Assembly (NCBI GenBank): GCA_965649765.1
Contig: OZ287753.1
Coordinates: forward strand, 60,450,001-60,514,000
Length of the DNA: 64,000 nucleotides
From: Bispira polyomma
Lineage: Eukaryota
Direction: 5' to 3'
This document shows, piece after piece, positions 42,018 through 59,000 of the stretch (positions are counted from its first letter, which is position 1; each line of letters opens with the position of its first letter). The notes under the pieces are model-generated. The model searched no databases. It was not told the origin of the DNA and worked only from the letters and a program-made list of their open reading frames with translations. The translations under genes were made by a program, and so were the position numbers.

Positions 42018-43054
42018 TATAAAACCCAACAAAAACAACATTTTTGAATAAAAATTGAATATAAATTAAGAATGCATCTTTAAATATTTACTTTACTAAA
42101 TGGTAGAAAAAACGCTACCACTACATTATTTTCTAATGTTACATTTTTCAAAAATAATGTAGTGACAGTTCAATGGCAATGCATACGGCTTGGGTTTTAT
42201 ATTGAGCTAGTACATATAAATTGGTGTGTGTGTTCCATAAAGTCAGATTGGATGCTGTGTAACTTAAGTGGGAGGAGGACCAGCACTAATATAATTATTT
42301 TATATGCTGGCTTGACTTCTCTGTTATTGTATGTGTATATACTGTGACTTATTTGTCTGTACACAGACTTCACTCAGCAAACAAATGCATTAATTTATGG
42401 TTTAACTTAATTTTATCTAACATCCAAAAAAATTGTACTCATGTAAACAAAAATGTGTATAAATATGCGGGGCTTGTTTGTAGATATTCGTGGGCGCAAG
42501 TATATGTTATCATTTAATAACAAGGCTCTCTAGTTTACTTTGTTCTGATCATTCCACAAAATGTTCCATTAAAGAAAAGCATAATACATGTTAAGACTGG
42601 CTCACAAGTCTTTGTATTTTATCCTTATCCTCCATTCATGAAGTCATTATGATTCTGCTATATGAATTAGGCCAGTCTTCTTTGTGCTGCAAATACTTTT
42701 CTCAGCACTAGTATCTATTTAAAAAGTTAAATTGCCCTCACACAATGCTTGAGAGAAAATGACTTGAAGAAAGTCTAAATACATGAAGGTCTCTTTCAAC
42801 ACATTAATTATTACAGTTACTTTGTAGGAATAAAGTAGTTTGTTTTCTATAAAAGAAGTACTTGTGTACCACAATAATATCAGGTGACCTGTAATACTTC
42901 GAAGTCTGTTTTACCTGTATGGTTATGCATTTCTCTAAAACTGCTACATTATAACTTAGTTATTTTTTCCCCATTTTTTTGATATTGTAATATTAGAGTC
43001 TCGCGTCTACTCTTTTTATAAGATAGTATATGATAGTGCACAAGTGGAAATTTT

Positions 43055-43288
43055 AGGTGGAATTTGTGTTTTTTTTTTACTAATCTGCCATTTAGAAATT
43101 TGCACAAATTAATTTTCTCTATCGGACCTCATAGATTTATACAAATTCAAATTTGCACCGGAAATCAATGTTCATTATTAAAGGTGGAATTTGTGGGGGT
43201 TTTTTTTTACTAAGCTGCCATTTTTAAGAAATTTGCAGGAATTAATTTTCTCTATCGGACCTCATAGATTTATATAAATTCAAAATTT
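43055..43288. repeat. Tandem duplication, about 127-bp period
   Basis: aggtggaatttgtg...tctctatcggacctcatagatttat occurs twice. Confidence 0.8.
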
Positions 43289-43619
43289 CTATTTATACAG
43301 TTACTCCTGAGATAGATATTTTTAATAGCGTAGAAATAATAACTTTATTAACAGTCCACTAAACTAGATTTAAAACTAGAACTTGTGTCAACTGGACGCA
43401 GGTGTATCCTGAGAAGTCATCCATCACTACATATATGCAAAACGAGCCAACACATGCAGCATATATTGTAGCGTGTTGATACAAGCCAGAGAAAGGCTAT
43501 GTTTTTAGTTACAGTCACCTGATTGGCCCCACTAGTCAGGTGGACCCTACTGTTTTCCCATTCTTTCTCTCCAAAAAACATTCTTCAAGTTGACACTCAT
43601 GAGTCAACATACACACTTT

Positions 43620-46600
43620 TCATAATGGCTGCAACTTGTATCGTTTTAGTCTGTGTTTTGGGGATTTTGTTTGCTTTTAAATGAAAAATAGTATGCTAAG
43701 CAAGGACAGCTTTCAAAACAATATCTTACTTGCTGTACTATTTTTTGAGTGTTTTGACAATCACATTCGGCCCATCGGAAAACACTGTCCATTCAGCGTT
43801 TCTACTACTATGGCGGAACCAAACGCAGATCGTCGATTCAACACAGGTTCATTATTTGATACCACCCCCTCCCCCACGCCCCCTATGTCGAACATCCCCA
43901 GTACAGACAGGAACCAGTTAGCGTCTATTATAAAGCGTCTATATCGTCTGGATGACCAAATCCAGGAGGTGAAAAGCGTTAGGCAGTGTTCTCACTATAT
44001 ATCCCGAACCTCATCTATTTACAGCTCCCCACGTAGATCAGACAGACTAAATAGAGGGATGTCTGGAACTTCCCAACAAGACAGTTATCACACTATTAAT
44101 AGAGTAGGCAACTGTTACCCAAATATATGTCGTAGAACTTATAAAAGTGCCCAAAAGTATACGGTTGTTCTCAATAAAACCGTACTGTTTTTAATCTCAT
44201 CTGTTGGGTGTTACCAAATCCAAGCAGCTGGACTTGGACTGAGAAAAAGTAGCTGAACAACATGATTCACAAAAAAACACCCAAGTTTCAATAGTTTGTG
44301 AGTTACAGGCTAAAACGTCATTGAAGCATACATTAAATACTCCTTAAATACTTTCTTAGCTATACTCCTAGACCTAAAAAACGTCATGTTGTAGCAGAGG
44401 AAAAAATAATCAAGGAGTTATTTGTACAACATCAAAGATATTCTAGTAAAAATATCAACTTGTAAAATAACGTATGTATCAAATTGTAATTAAATCGTAA
44501 TATGATTGCAGTTTCACTTTGATTGATCTTTATATGAAGCAATACTTCATTAACAATAAAATAACCTAAATATTATAAAATTTGAAAAGTAATTCTTGTC
44601 GAGAGCCAGAAAAATTCTTGTTAATTCTTCAATTGTATGTTATGTTTAGTACTATGTGTGTGGTCCATGTGAGTGTGTATTTGTTCCTATTTTGTTTAGT
44701 TAAATGTTGTCTCTCTCAGTTGCTGATAAATATAAACAAACAAGAAAATGTTGCTATTATGATTGTTGAAATTTCAAAAATAAACTTTTTGTTAGTAAAA
44801 TTAGACACGAGTTTCAACTGTCATGCTAAAACTTCATTGTATAGAAACGCTATGAACAATACTTATGTACAGCTACATAATACAAAACCTGGTAAAGTTG
44901 TGATGGTATTTCAGTTAGAAAATAGTTTACATTTAAGATGACAGATATCGGTACTATTGACAAGGTTATATTCAGTTCCTTCAATTGTCGAGGTTTACAA
45001 GAAAAGAAAAAAAGAGCATACATATTTCAGTGGCTAAATTCTGTTTATTCTGGCATAATCTTTTTGCAAGAAACTCATAGTTTAAGAATAAATAAAGACT
45101 CCTGGGAAAAAGTGTGGGGTGGCAAAATATTTTTTTGTCATGGGACATCACAAAGTAAAGGTGTAACATTGCTAATTCCCCAAAAATGGAAGTTTAGCTA
45201 CAGTGTATATTTGGTGTCAAAGGATAAAGAAGGTAGACTACTGATAGTGAATTGTTTAATTGAAGATATTCCCTTTGTCCCTTTGCTTTGGTAAATATTT
45301 ATGCTCCCACAAAAGATAAGCTTGATGCCCAATTGAAATTCATTAGTGACTTTAGAGAAATATTATGTAATCTTAATTACAAAAATATAATCATTGGAGG
45401 CGATTTTAATACCTGTTTGAATCCTGACATTGATAAAAAAAGGTGGCAAAACAGAAGTCACTTCACAATACACAAAAGAAATAGAACATATGATAGATCA
45501 TCTTAATTTAGTGGATATTTGAAGACTACGCAATCCTCAAGAATCAAAATTTTTAAAAAGAGAAAGGACACGGGCCGGGCTAGTTCAATCTAGGCTAGAT
45601 TTTTGGCTTATTCCAATGCATATGATGTATGAGGTAACTGATTGTACTATAAAGCCAGGAAATAGGTCTGACCATAGTATAGTAGAAATGAAAATAAAAC
45701 TAGGTGAATTTCAAAAACGTGGACCTACCTACTGGAAATTCAAGAATAGGTTACTCTGCGATAAAGAATATGTAGACATGGTAAAAAAGAAATAGAGTCA
45801 ATCAAGAAAAATGTTTTTATTGAAAATAGAAATACCCTTTGGAACTTTACAAAATGTCAAATACGAACAGTTACAATCTCATAATGTATTAAAAGATCAA
45901 AAAAAAAAATAAAAATAAGGAAAAGAGTTTATTAACAAAATTAGAAAATTTGGAAAAGGAATTAGCAAAAAGTGAAGAGACGCTCATTGAGTACTATGAT
46001 ATTAAAAGTGAATGGGAAAATTTGGAAAGGGAAAAACAGAGGAGATTATGCTTAGATCCAAAGTTAAATGGGTGAAAGAGGGTGAAAAAAATACAAAATA
46101 TTTTCTGAACTTAGAAAAAAAGAATTATAATGTTAAGTATATTAGAAGAATTATCAAGGATAATGGTCAAGAGATTACAAAGCCGAATCTAATATTGAAT
46201 GAACAATTATCTTTCTTTAAAAACCTATACTCTTCAAAAATAGAAAATACTGATACAAAACAGGTACCATTCTTGAATAATTCTAACCTAACAAAATTAA
46301 ATGGTATTGAAAAGGATCTTTGTGACACAAAACTCGATATTAAAGAAATCGCCAATGCACTGAAACAATTGCCAAATAATAAATCCCCAGGTAAATTTTA
46401 TAAATTTTTCTGGACAGACATTAAAAATTTACTTTATGATAGTTTTAATTTTTCGTTTTTAAGTGGCACTTTATCAGATGACCAACGTAGAGCAATAATT
46501 AATCTTATTCCCAAGGATGGTAAAGATCTTCGACATCTTCGTAACTGGTATCCCATTAGCATCTTGAACACAGATTATAAGATATTAACTAAAGCCCTTG

Positions 46601-48800
46601 CCAATAGACTACAACAGGTTCTTCCAAAATTAGTCAATAATGATCAAGTAGGGTATATAAAGGGTAGGTATATTGGACAAAACATTCGAACTATTGATGA
46701 TATAATAAGGTATACAAATTTAACAAATAAATCTGGTTATATATTGTTAGTTGACTTTGAAAAAACATTTGATAGCATTGAATGGTCTTTTCTTCTCAAA
46801 ACCTTGGACACTTTAAACTTTGGTAAAGTTTTCCAAACATGGATTAAAATATTATACAATGACATCAAGACATGTGTAAGTAATAATGGTTATTTCTCAA
46901 AGTATTTTAACCCCAGAAGAGGAATTAGACAGGGATGCCCCATCTCAGCTTTATTATTTATCCTAGTTGTAGAAACCATGGCCAACCACATTAGAGACAA
47001 CGATCAGATAAAGGGAATTACTGTAAAGGATGAGACTTTCAAAATTGTCCAACTTGCTCATGACACCTCACTTTTTCTGAGTAATATATCATCAATAACA
47101 AATGCCTTGGAAACATTTGGTACATTCTACACTTACTCTGGACTCAAAATTAACTTAGAAAAGACAGAAGTTATTCCTATTGGTTCTGCCAAGTTTAAAG
47201 CACTACTCTTGCCAAAGAAAATCAGTAAATTAAAGGTCAACTGTAAGCCTTTCAAAACATTGGGGGTTTGGTTTTCTCAAGATGAGAAGGAAATGGTAAA
47301 GTTAAATTTTGAAAACAGATTGAGGTCTATAGAAAGAATTCTGCAAATATGGATTTCCAGAAATCTATCTCTAAAAGGCAAGATAACAATAATAAAAACA
47401 TTACTTATACCCCAAATAAGTCACATATTGTCCATATGTTACTGTCCTGTGTACATTCTTGAAAAACTGGAAAAAATATTCTTTGAATTCCTGTGGAATA
47501 AAAAAACAGCTAAAATAAAACGATCCACAATTATAGCAAATTATGCTGACGGTGGTTTAAGAATGCCAGATATTTATAGCATACATGTTTGTGCCAAAAT
47601 AAAATGGATTCAAAGGTTAGTTTCAAATGAAAATATACACTCTAGGTGGAAAAACCTGATGTGGTACATGTTAAATATTGATAAAGAACCAATAAACAAG
47701 AAACTTCCTCTGATATTGTCAGAAAGGTCACTAACCTCATTCCACAAACAAACATTAGAGTGTTAGCATAGTATAAAAATTCGAAAACCAGAAAATATCG
47801 CTGAAATTTTGAAAGAGTTTATTTGCAACAACAAGCATATATGTGCAAATGGTAAACCCCTAAACTCCACTAGCTTAAGAATACCAAAAAGCAGTCTTGA
47901 TATTAGAATTTTGACCTAACTAATGGAGAAGGCACCTTTTTATTGTATGCAGATCTAAAAAGAAAATATACTTGGGTTATTGGCTTATATAATTACAACA
48001 TTATTTTATCGGCAATTCCTAGTTTATGGAAAAAAAGAATAAGAGGGTTCCCTTACAGTGAAAATCTTTGTAACTATACTTCCATCAGGATAAAGGGAAA
48101 ATTAGTAAATTTACAAAAAATAAGTAACAAGGCTCTCTATTGGGAAATTTTGAGTGAAAATGTCAAAGATCCAACAGCAGTTAATGTATGGATAGATATT
48201 TTTCCATTTATGGAAACAGCAAAATGGAATCCATATTTTTATCAATACAGGCATAGGGTCATATTTGCAATCATTTCAGTACAAAATAGTAAATAGAATA
48301 TTAAATTGCAACCACACTCTTTATAAATGGAAAATTACAGACTTTGTTGTACAAAGATTAAGCGCTATAAAAGTACGATTAGATTAGATTAGATTAGATT
48401 AGACTCCCCCTTCTGCAATTTGTGCAATGATCATATTGATACATTGGAACATCACTTGTACCTTTGTGTCTATAGCAAAATCTTCTGGGAACATTTTGAA
48501 AATTGGATTTTAAGTTTCTTAACGTTCAGTTACAAGGTTAGATTTACAATTTGTGAAATAATGTTTGGGATAGGTGCAAAAGAATTTACAAGATTACCTG
48601 CAACGGAAAGGGCAGCCAATATTCTTATATTACTTGGTAAATGATACATAAACATGAGTAGAACTTTGAAAAAACCTATCCTGTTTGATGAATTTAAAAA
48701 CATAAACAAGAATAAATTTTCTCTTTATACTAATATATATATATATATATGAACTCTGTTACTGAGATAGATGAAGTAACTGAAGGTATTTTTTTGAATA
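43620..48800 (+). mobile_element. L1/Tx1-type non-LTR retrotransposon, near full length and inactivated: ORF1 remnant (~43810-44000), ORF2 APE (44938-45900), RT (46012-47766), C-terminal Cys/His knuckle (~48410-48480)
   Basis: APE SFNCRGL, FLQETH, NIYAP, GGDFN, SRLDFWL, SDH; RT PISILNTDYKI, DFEKTFD, GIRQGCPIS, QLAHDT (mutated YADD); CAICND..TLEHHLYLC. Multiple frameshifts. Confidence 0.93.
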
Positions 48801-49001
48801 TATTGTACACTGTTAACAGAAATTTTTAATTACTTTTTGTTATTAGTAGGAGAAAAGGTATTATTATTAAGGTATAAAAAATAGCACAGAGATAAGCTAC
48901 GATTAATCTTTGTTATCAGTGATTGTGTTTGTAGATTTCAGTAAAACTCGTCATTATTGTCTTCATTATTGTCCTTGTCTTTTTGTGTTTGTATTGTAAC
49001 C

Positions 49002-49129
49002 NNNNNNNNNNNNNNNNNNNNNNNNNNNNNNNNNNNNNNNNNNNNNNNNNNNNNNNNNNNNNNNNNNNNNNNNNNNNNNNNNNNNNNNNNNNNNNNNNNN
49101 NNNNNNNNNNNNNNNNNNNNNNNNNNNNN
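49002..49129. other. Assembly gap (N run)
   Basis: Run of N bases. Confidence 0.99.
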
Positions 49130-49923
49130 TAATACTTTCTGAGTTATACACATAACTAATCACTTATCCCAGCTTGCATGTTTTTGTTTTATTTTTTGGG
49201 GGGTGGGACCAAAAACAATCTTCAAATAATACCTAATTGTCAACCTTTAAAACAAATGTCAGCGATAGTATTGTGGATTTCCATACAAAGTTTTTCCATT
49301 TTAATGCAAATATGGAAAAACAGTTGTCAAAAAAAAGACTTCACTTGTTTAGTCATACAATATCATACAATATCACCCATATTGCGTGACTTCTTAATTT
49401 ATTTGCTATTTACTTCAGATTTCTCAGAGAATCAAATTGCGATCTACATACAAAGAATAACATAGTGTAAAGCAAAAAGAAAAAAAAGTTTGAAAATATA
49501 TAACATTAAATCATTTGTTCAAGATATATAAATCATAGTATTTACAATAGTATTTAACTTTACTTTTTTTAGCATATTACTCCTATTTTTGGCCGCTGAA
49601 AGCTTATAATTATTTCAGCCCCTAATACATAGCAAATCCTGAATATTTCCAACTTTGTTACTTCATTTTATTGATCACATCAGGAAACCCATCGTTTTAA
49701 TTAAATGTCCATGTGTACCAATTTTTACGTAACTATAGTTTTCATTTGAAAATATATGTGTATTTGCCATTTTGAAAGCTCAGGAATTTCCGTAATTTTC
49801 TAATTTATGTGCCAGTTTCACTGAGTCATAAGGAAATAAATCAATTCTGTGGACATCATATAGTTATGTTGAAGTATACTTATATACTGGTTGTATATAA
49901 TGAAGTCTATAGCTTCCCTGTAA

Positions 49924-50890
49924 TGCCGTGGTCACACTGAGTACGTTTTGCTTATGTTTAAAATGTTGCAAACGTGAGGAATCCCAAGTAAACAAAGTCA
50001 ATATTTTGAGCGTAAATGAGCGTAAGCCAAAAATTACGTCCAAGCCGCTTCTATTACGCCCATAATTGCCTTACGTTTTTATTCCGCTTACATCATTTGG
50101 GATGCGTTTACTTCGCTTTAGCCACTTTTCTCACGCTCCAAGCATACTTCAATTATGCCTATTACATCCCTCACACATTCATTTCGTTCATTGCATTTTT
50201 TATGCATTGAATAGATCTGGGACGTTTCACTTATGCAAGGTACATTTTTGCATCTGTATATATAGGAGTCGATCGTACATATTTTCTTCATTATTTGAAT
50301 TTCATTCTACTGTTCACTGGATTTTTCAACAACTTCATCTCTACCACCATCAACTGGGTTCAAAGCAAAAAACTAGTCCATCACAAGTACATCACCAATA
50401 CATTACAAGTACTACTATGGATACCGTGAGGAAGTACATCACAAGTACATCACCAATACATTACAAGTGCTACTATGGATACTGTAAGGAAGTACATCAC
50501 AAGTATATCACCAATACATTACAAGTGCTACTATGGATACTGTAAGGAAGTACATCACAAGTACATCACCAATACATTACAAGTGCTACTATGGATGCTG
50601 TAAGGAAGTACATCACAAGTACATCACCAATACATTACAAGGGCTACTCCTGCCCCTCCAAGTATTGATTGGCATTACAAATGTTCTGCATCGCTTGTAC
50701 GTCACCAATACATTACAAGTGCTACTCAGGCAAGATTTGGTAAGAAACTACATCACAAGTGTATCACCAATACATTACAATGTTTCATCTTTTCTAAAAA
50801 ATGTCTGCCATGTCCGTCCACCCTTGGGGTTTATCTGGAGCACATATAATTCCACCGCGGTATTCCACCTCTATGGCACGTCCAATTTCC
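49924..50890. mobile_element. Harbinger remnant hosting the 58-bp array
   Basis: TAA plus TGCCGTGGTCACACT TIR-like start; minus-strand transposase-like fragment EIGRAIEVEY...PQGWTDMADIFRKR at ~50780-50890. Confidence 0.5.
50379..50780. repeat. Minisatellite, 58-bp unit x~5 plus partial copies
   Basis: tcacaagtacatcaccaatacattacaag at 50381, 50439, 50497, 50555 and 50613. Confidence 0.92.
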
Positions 50891-51441
50891 CTGATAATAA
50901 TTGCAATTAATTTAATTTACTTTAATTTATTGGATTACTTTAATTTATTTATTTTTAATTGTACATATCCATATTTTCAGAGAATATTTACAGGAATATG
51001 TGATGACTAAGATTTCACACAGACATAGGACACTAAACACACGAGATGGGTTTGAAAAAACTGATATGTATGTACAGGAAACAGCTTTCATAGCCTATCC
51101 CCAGTTTTCTAAAAATATAGTTGACATTTTTAACACATAACCACCTTTTTAAGGCCCATCCCCTTTATAACTGAATAATCATAAAAATAAATCTTAAATT
51201 TTGAAACCAGGGTTAAACATCAGGAGATCGTCATGTACATTTTTATGCAAATATTTTTATTAAAAGAGTGAACAAAACATCCTCGTCAGAGGTTATAAAA
51301 TATATATGTAACACCAATAAAATATATAACTGCTATTGCACAAACTTTTGGGTTCTAAATAAAGCCGAACTGAATGAATTATGGTTTGCTTTTATATATT
51401 ATTGTTCAGCCAGAGAGTTCAGGTTTCTCTCTTTCCATTTC

Positions 51442-53801
<2,360 letters not shown>

Positions 53802-54499
53802 GGTTTTGTGTGTTGTAAGGTGTCTGAAAAAAGTGAAATAGTTTGTGAGATATAAAGGAAAAAGTGCTAAACTCACACAATTATAACCTTAAACTAGCCC
53901 TAATTTGCTTATGAGTGGGAGTTTAATGTCACCTTAAAATTGGAATTTGGTTTAGGCCCTAATACATACATATGCCAATTGGAGTTGAGCAAAAAAATAT
54001 GGTTTCCACTTTCTCATGACACTATTGGGTATTTCAAAACCTACGTAGTCTAGGGGATGAATAGCACTTCACCTTTTTGTACAAATTAAAGCCATTTTGG
54101 AAAGCTGTATTTACTTATTGGATAGAAATATGTAAAGTAAAAAAAATCAACTCAAATGAACACATCATATATAATTGTTTCTTGTTTAACTAAGATATCT
54201 CCAGCAACAAATTGGCTAAGAGAGGCCTATACAGAATTGGGGATATTTGAGATTTAAATAGTCACATGATAAGTCTAAAAAATCTAAAGTATAAATTAAA
54301 TATTAACTTTCTGAAATGCTATTACAGTCAAACAACTATTTAGTCTATGTATAAATGGTAACAAAAAAGGGGATAATTGAAAAGTGGTACAACCATATAT
54401 TCCATTCTATATCAATATTAATCAGTTGCACGAAAGGTAACAAAGATGTATATCTTACCTTGTGGCATTCTGACACTTACAATAGAAAGAACCAGTTAA

Positions 54500-54730
54500 A
54501 ATGTAATTAAGTACTTAACATTAGGAGTGAAAAAGAGATAGCGAAATCAATATATAATGCGTGCTTCTACTCAATGTTAGATAATTTATATGTATGGACT
54601 CAATTTAAAATTATATACAGAAAAATTGGCCCTAAAGAATATATGTACAAATTAAAAATATCAAATTCAGATTTGTGTAGAATTTGTGGAGAAAACATAT
54701 TTTTTCACATGTGCCAACAATAACCACAAT
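54500..54730 (+). mobile_element. L1/Tx1 ORF2 C-terminal fragment
   Basis: YVWTQFKIIYRKIG..YMYKLKISNSDLCRICGE. Confidence 0.5.
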
Positions 54731-55121
54731 TTAAATATTTTTCGATTACGAAAGATAATAAAGGATAAGTAATTTAGTACAAGAATATGTCTCAAAAACA
54801 AATAAATTATTTAAAATGGTCATTTTGGAAAAATATGTTTTTAGACTTCTAAATCAGAAAAGACAAAATCCAAGATTTAACAAAACCCTGTTCAGTGGCA
54901 GGCTGACAAAAATACCTTTGGAACATTGATAAATGGTCATCATCAAGCCTCTGTCTGTAGTTGGGGGAATAAGAGTTACTGCTGCTGGTTGGTTATGCAT
55001 TCGCAGTCCCCAAACAGTTTTAAAAATTAGCAATTTGAATACCATATTAATCTCAGATAAATGTACAAAGTATAAATTTTAATATATAATACAATATGTA
55101 AACAATAGACGATCCACCAAC

Positions 55122-55208
55122 CTTTACACACAGAGAGAAATCTAGTCTTTTCTATGCTTGTCCACGTCCAGGTCTCCAGAAAACTGTCCCTTGTACTGAC
55201 TTTATAAC
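55122..55208 (-). promoter_or_regulatory. Actin-C TATA box (55201-55207) and non-coding 5' exon
   Basis: Same conserved block, donor AAAG|GTTGGT. Confidence 0.65.
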
Positions 55209-56050
55209 CAAGGCTCTGCACATTCCAACAATTTCACTTCCTATATGTCGCTAATAAATCAATTGGGCGTACATCATAGACTTCTGTTGAAGTATATATA
55301 CTTTTATTAACAGTGTTCTTGGTCATATATAAGGAATTCTTTAGCCTTCCTGTAAGAATCTTCTGTGGGAATTTTTTGGACAAGTGAAATTCTCTGGTCT
55401 TTTACTCCAATTATCAGCTGTTTTTTTTTTAACATATATAAAACAGTCATAAAATATAACCTATATTTATAACCTATAAGTGTGTATCATTTACTTCCTG
55501 TGGGAAAGTTCTGTGATTTTTATTTCATATTAAAATTTTACCACATTAAAAAATACAATTCATCATCACTAAAATTTTGCTTGAAACTTTTTAAATTTGT
55601 AGAAAAAAAATCACAAATTTATTAGTATATGACTATGATGTAGTAAGCTTGAAAGGTCTCCTTTTTTTACTCTGTATACTTATTTAATATATTACACATT
55701 TTTACAAGTTAGCTAGTCGACTTTTAATAAGCTGAATAGAGTTTCAACATTTAAATTGTTTAAATATGTGTATTTAACCTTTTTGCACAAGTGTATAAGG
55801 CCATCCAGGGTTGTCAAGGGTAGCCAATCCCTCTTCAGGGATTACAATCTGTATTATATGCAGTATGAAACCTTTGGTTACAATTAGACAGAAACAATGT
55901 TATATTTAAATTGTGTAACGGTATTGGAGCGGAAGGAAAAGTAAGAGGTGTACAGGTGAGTCATAAAGGAGCACACAATATCAAATCTTTTGGGAATTTA
56001 TTAAAGATACACACATTTATACTTTTATTAATAATCCCCTTCAACATTAA

Positions 56051-59000
56051 TGCCCCAGTTCCACCGGATTTCAGGTAAGCAGTCGTTAGGAATTTGGTTT
56101 TGCGTAAAGTTCACGTGGTATTCGCTGAGCTGAGATTACATACAGAAACATACAAAAACTGATGTGAGAGTTGACACACAAGAAATTTGTAATTTTAAAC
56201 TGTTTAAAATTTGGACACGCAAGAGCTGTAAAACTGTGGTATTGAAACGTGAACTTTTGCATGAGCATTGCGACTTTAAGCGTGATTTAACGTCAGTATA
56301 CGTCACAATGTGTGTATTTGTACATTTGTTCTCGCAAAGACACGTCAACTGTTGCATCATGTCGCCACGTTAATAGTCGCAATTCTATGTTTTGCAACGC
56401 AGCTGTACGTTTAACACATAAAGACTCACAACGACCGGCAAGCTCTTGTAAGCCTACGTTTGATGCTGCAAAACTATATGATTGAACACGCAGGTTCTCG
56501 CAAATGTAACCTTATTAGAAGCAAGCTCCTATTGGCCCACATTACGTCTCACATGTGATAACCCAAGATTCTCCACATGTATTGTATGGCTATGCAAAGC
56601 CACGCACTGTAGTGTAGATATAGCAGTGAAGAAGTGTGGATGAGTTTTTGGATTTATGGGATTTTTTGATGGTGTGTTTTTAATATATGTTCTAATATTT
56701 GTGGATTTACCGTTTTGATTTGTGATACTTTATAATGGTGAGAAGGAGTAATGGAAAGAAATGTCAGCCTGTTGAGATCATTGTCCAGCCTGTTGAGGTC
56801 ATTGTCCAGCCTGTTGAGGCCGAGACTGTTGAGACTGAGACGTGTCTGTTAATGTGGTAGGTGTGACTGGTAATGAACTACCACTATCTTCATGTGCAGG
56901 CCTAAGCACTGCAAAAAAGAATAAAAAAGCAAGTGTTAAGTTGCTCTGTGACCAGGAGGACGACATTATCAAGTGGGTGAAACTACAGAGGGTCCTGTAG
57001 GACAAGGAGTCCCGTGAGTATAGTCTGGCCAACACGGAGAAGCTGGGGATTTAGAACTAGAAAGCAGAGGATTTCAACCTGACAGGTATTGTGATTCTTA
57101 ATTAATGTTTGAATTTAGTCATTCATATGTGAACAATGATATGTAATGCTTTTACTGTACTGATAACTGATGAGCCCTGTTATCCAAACATATTGGGTAA
57201 TCAATACAAGTGTTATTTACTTTCAACAAGTGATCAGCTCCGCCAGTTGCATGAGGTGCTGCAACTCCTGGACAAATATGTGTAAGTAAATTGATATGTT
57301 TCTTGTGTAAAATGCAGTGGAACTTCCATTATCCGAATATTTTATTTTACTATGTTGTGACCGTGGTTTCATCTGTTCTTTATTATAACATGTGCCATTT
57401 ATTGACATTTCCATTATCAGAATTAACAAATTATTTACCCAATATGGTCGGACAATCAAGGTTGTACTGCATACGTGTGTAAATACCAACTAAATTTAAA
57501 TTGCTCAAGGTCAGGTTGGGATTGTGAAACTTAAATTGCTTAAACTTTGCTCATAAGTGGTCCTACGTGTTTGGAATATGAAACCAATGTGTAGCTGATC
57601 AAGGCCTGTGTACTAGTAATGTTTTAATATATTCACATTTGACCAAGGTCAAACTGGCTTGTCAAAGTTTGAATATTGACAATATTTGAAATATCAAAGC
57701 CACTTGTCCCATTTAGAGGTACCTGATGGAAATTATGTGGTTGTGGGTTCAGTTCTTAATGCTTGCCTTCAGTGGGATAATTGAAACAAATTTGGAGGGT
57801 TGAAATCATTCAAAATACATAATATCCTTCCAAAACATTTAATCTTCATTAAATCTTTATTTGTAACTCCCCCCCCCAAAAAAAAAAAAAATTCAACACA
57901 GACATGTAGTAAATGATAAAAACTGATAATGTAGTAAATGTTCAAATTTTTATGTTATCATACGATCCTGCTATGGAACTACACTCCTACTGTTGTAATA
58001 TATCTTAAGTAATTGCCTGTCAAAACATCGTCCATGTCATGCATGTCCACTCCTTGTCAGACGAATTGTATTAGGAACATTATGTTGAAGTTTGGTGGTA
58101 AGACATCGAAATCTGTTGCACAATATGCCAAAAGCATTTTCCACCACACGTCTGGCCCGTGACAGTCTGTAGTTGTATACTTTGTCAGCATGGGTGAAAT
58201 TTCTGTGGCCAAATAGTTTCATAAGAGTCTTAGTCAGGGCAAAAGCATCATCTGCTAACAGAAGGTAAGGCACCGATTCAGAATCCCAAGGTAGCGGTGT
58301 GAGTAGAGGAACAGTAACCCACTGATTCTCCAAAGCAGGTTTTAAGGGTGAATGGTTCCACAGCTGTGCATCACTGCAACTTCCATTGGCACCAACATCA
58401 ATCCACATAAACTTGTATTCAGCATCTACCACTGCCATTAGTATAATTGATGTGAAGTACAGAGATCCGGGACCTTTTGGTTTGACAATGGCCACATGTT
58501 TCCCATCTAAGGCACCAATGGTGTTATGAAAGTTCCATCTGTTGGCAAAAAGAGTAGCCACATCATGCCAACTGTCCTCTGTACCAGATGATTTTAGATA
58601 TGGTATCATGTGCCATTCTGGAAACCATACATCAGACTGTGATAGCTTTGTCCAGGGGCCAAATATCTCATGGTAATAGCCAACATCAACCCAACATCAA
58701 ATACTGGTCTGTGGGTGTTATAGTTGTTTGTTTGACGTCTGAGTCTGCCTTCTAGTCTGTTCATCAGTTCCCTGAAGAACTGTGGGTCACAACGAATAAA
58801 GTTTCTGTAACTAGCTCGATCTACCTTGAGTTCAGCCATTAGGTTTTCATAGTAACCATATTGTCTCCGTCTTAGAAGCCATGGCCTAACCCACACTGTC
58901 CTGTCCCTCCTTTGAGCCCTCTGACAAAGTTGCAACAGATCTACAATATTATTCAAACCTTGCACTTGCAAATTAATAGCCTGATTAAAAACTAGTTGTG

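Noticed and set aside
48938-49163. ORFs spanning the N run
   Set aside because: Artefacts of the assembly gap.
58037-58609. Domesticated host HARBI1 gene
   Set aside because: Lies within TIRs and a TSD and is frameshifted and deleted; it is an ordinary TE copy.
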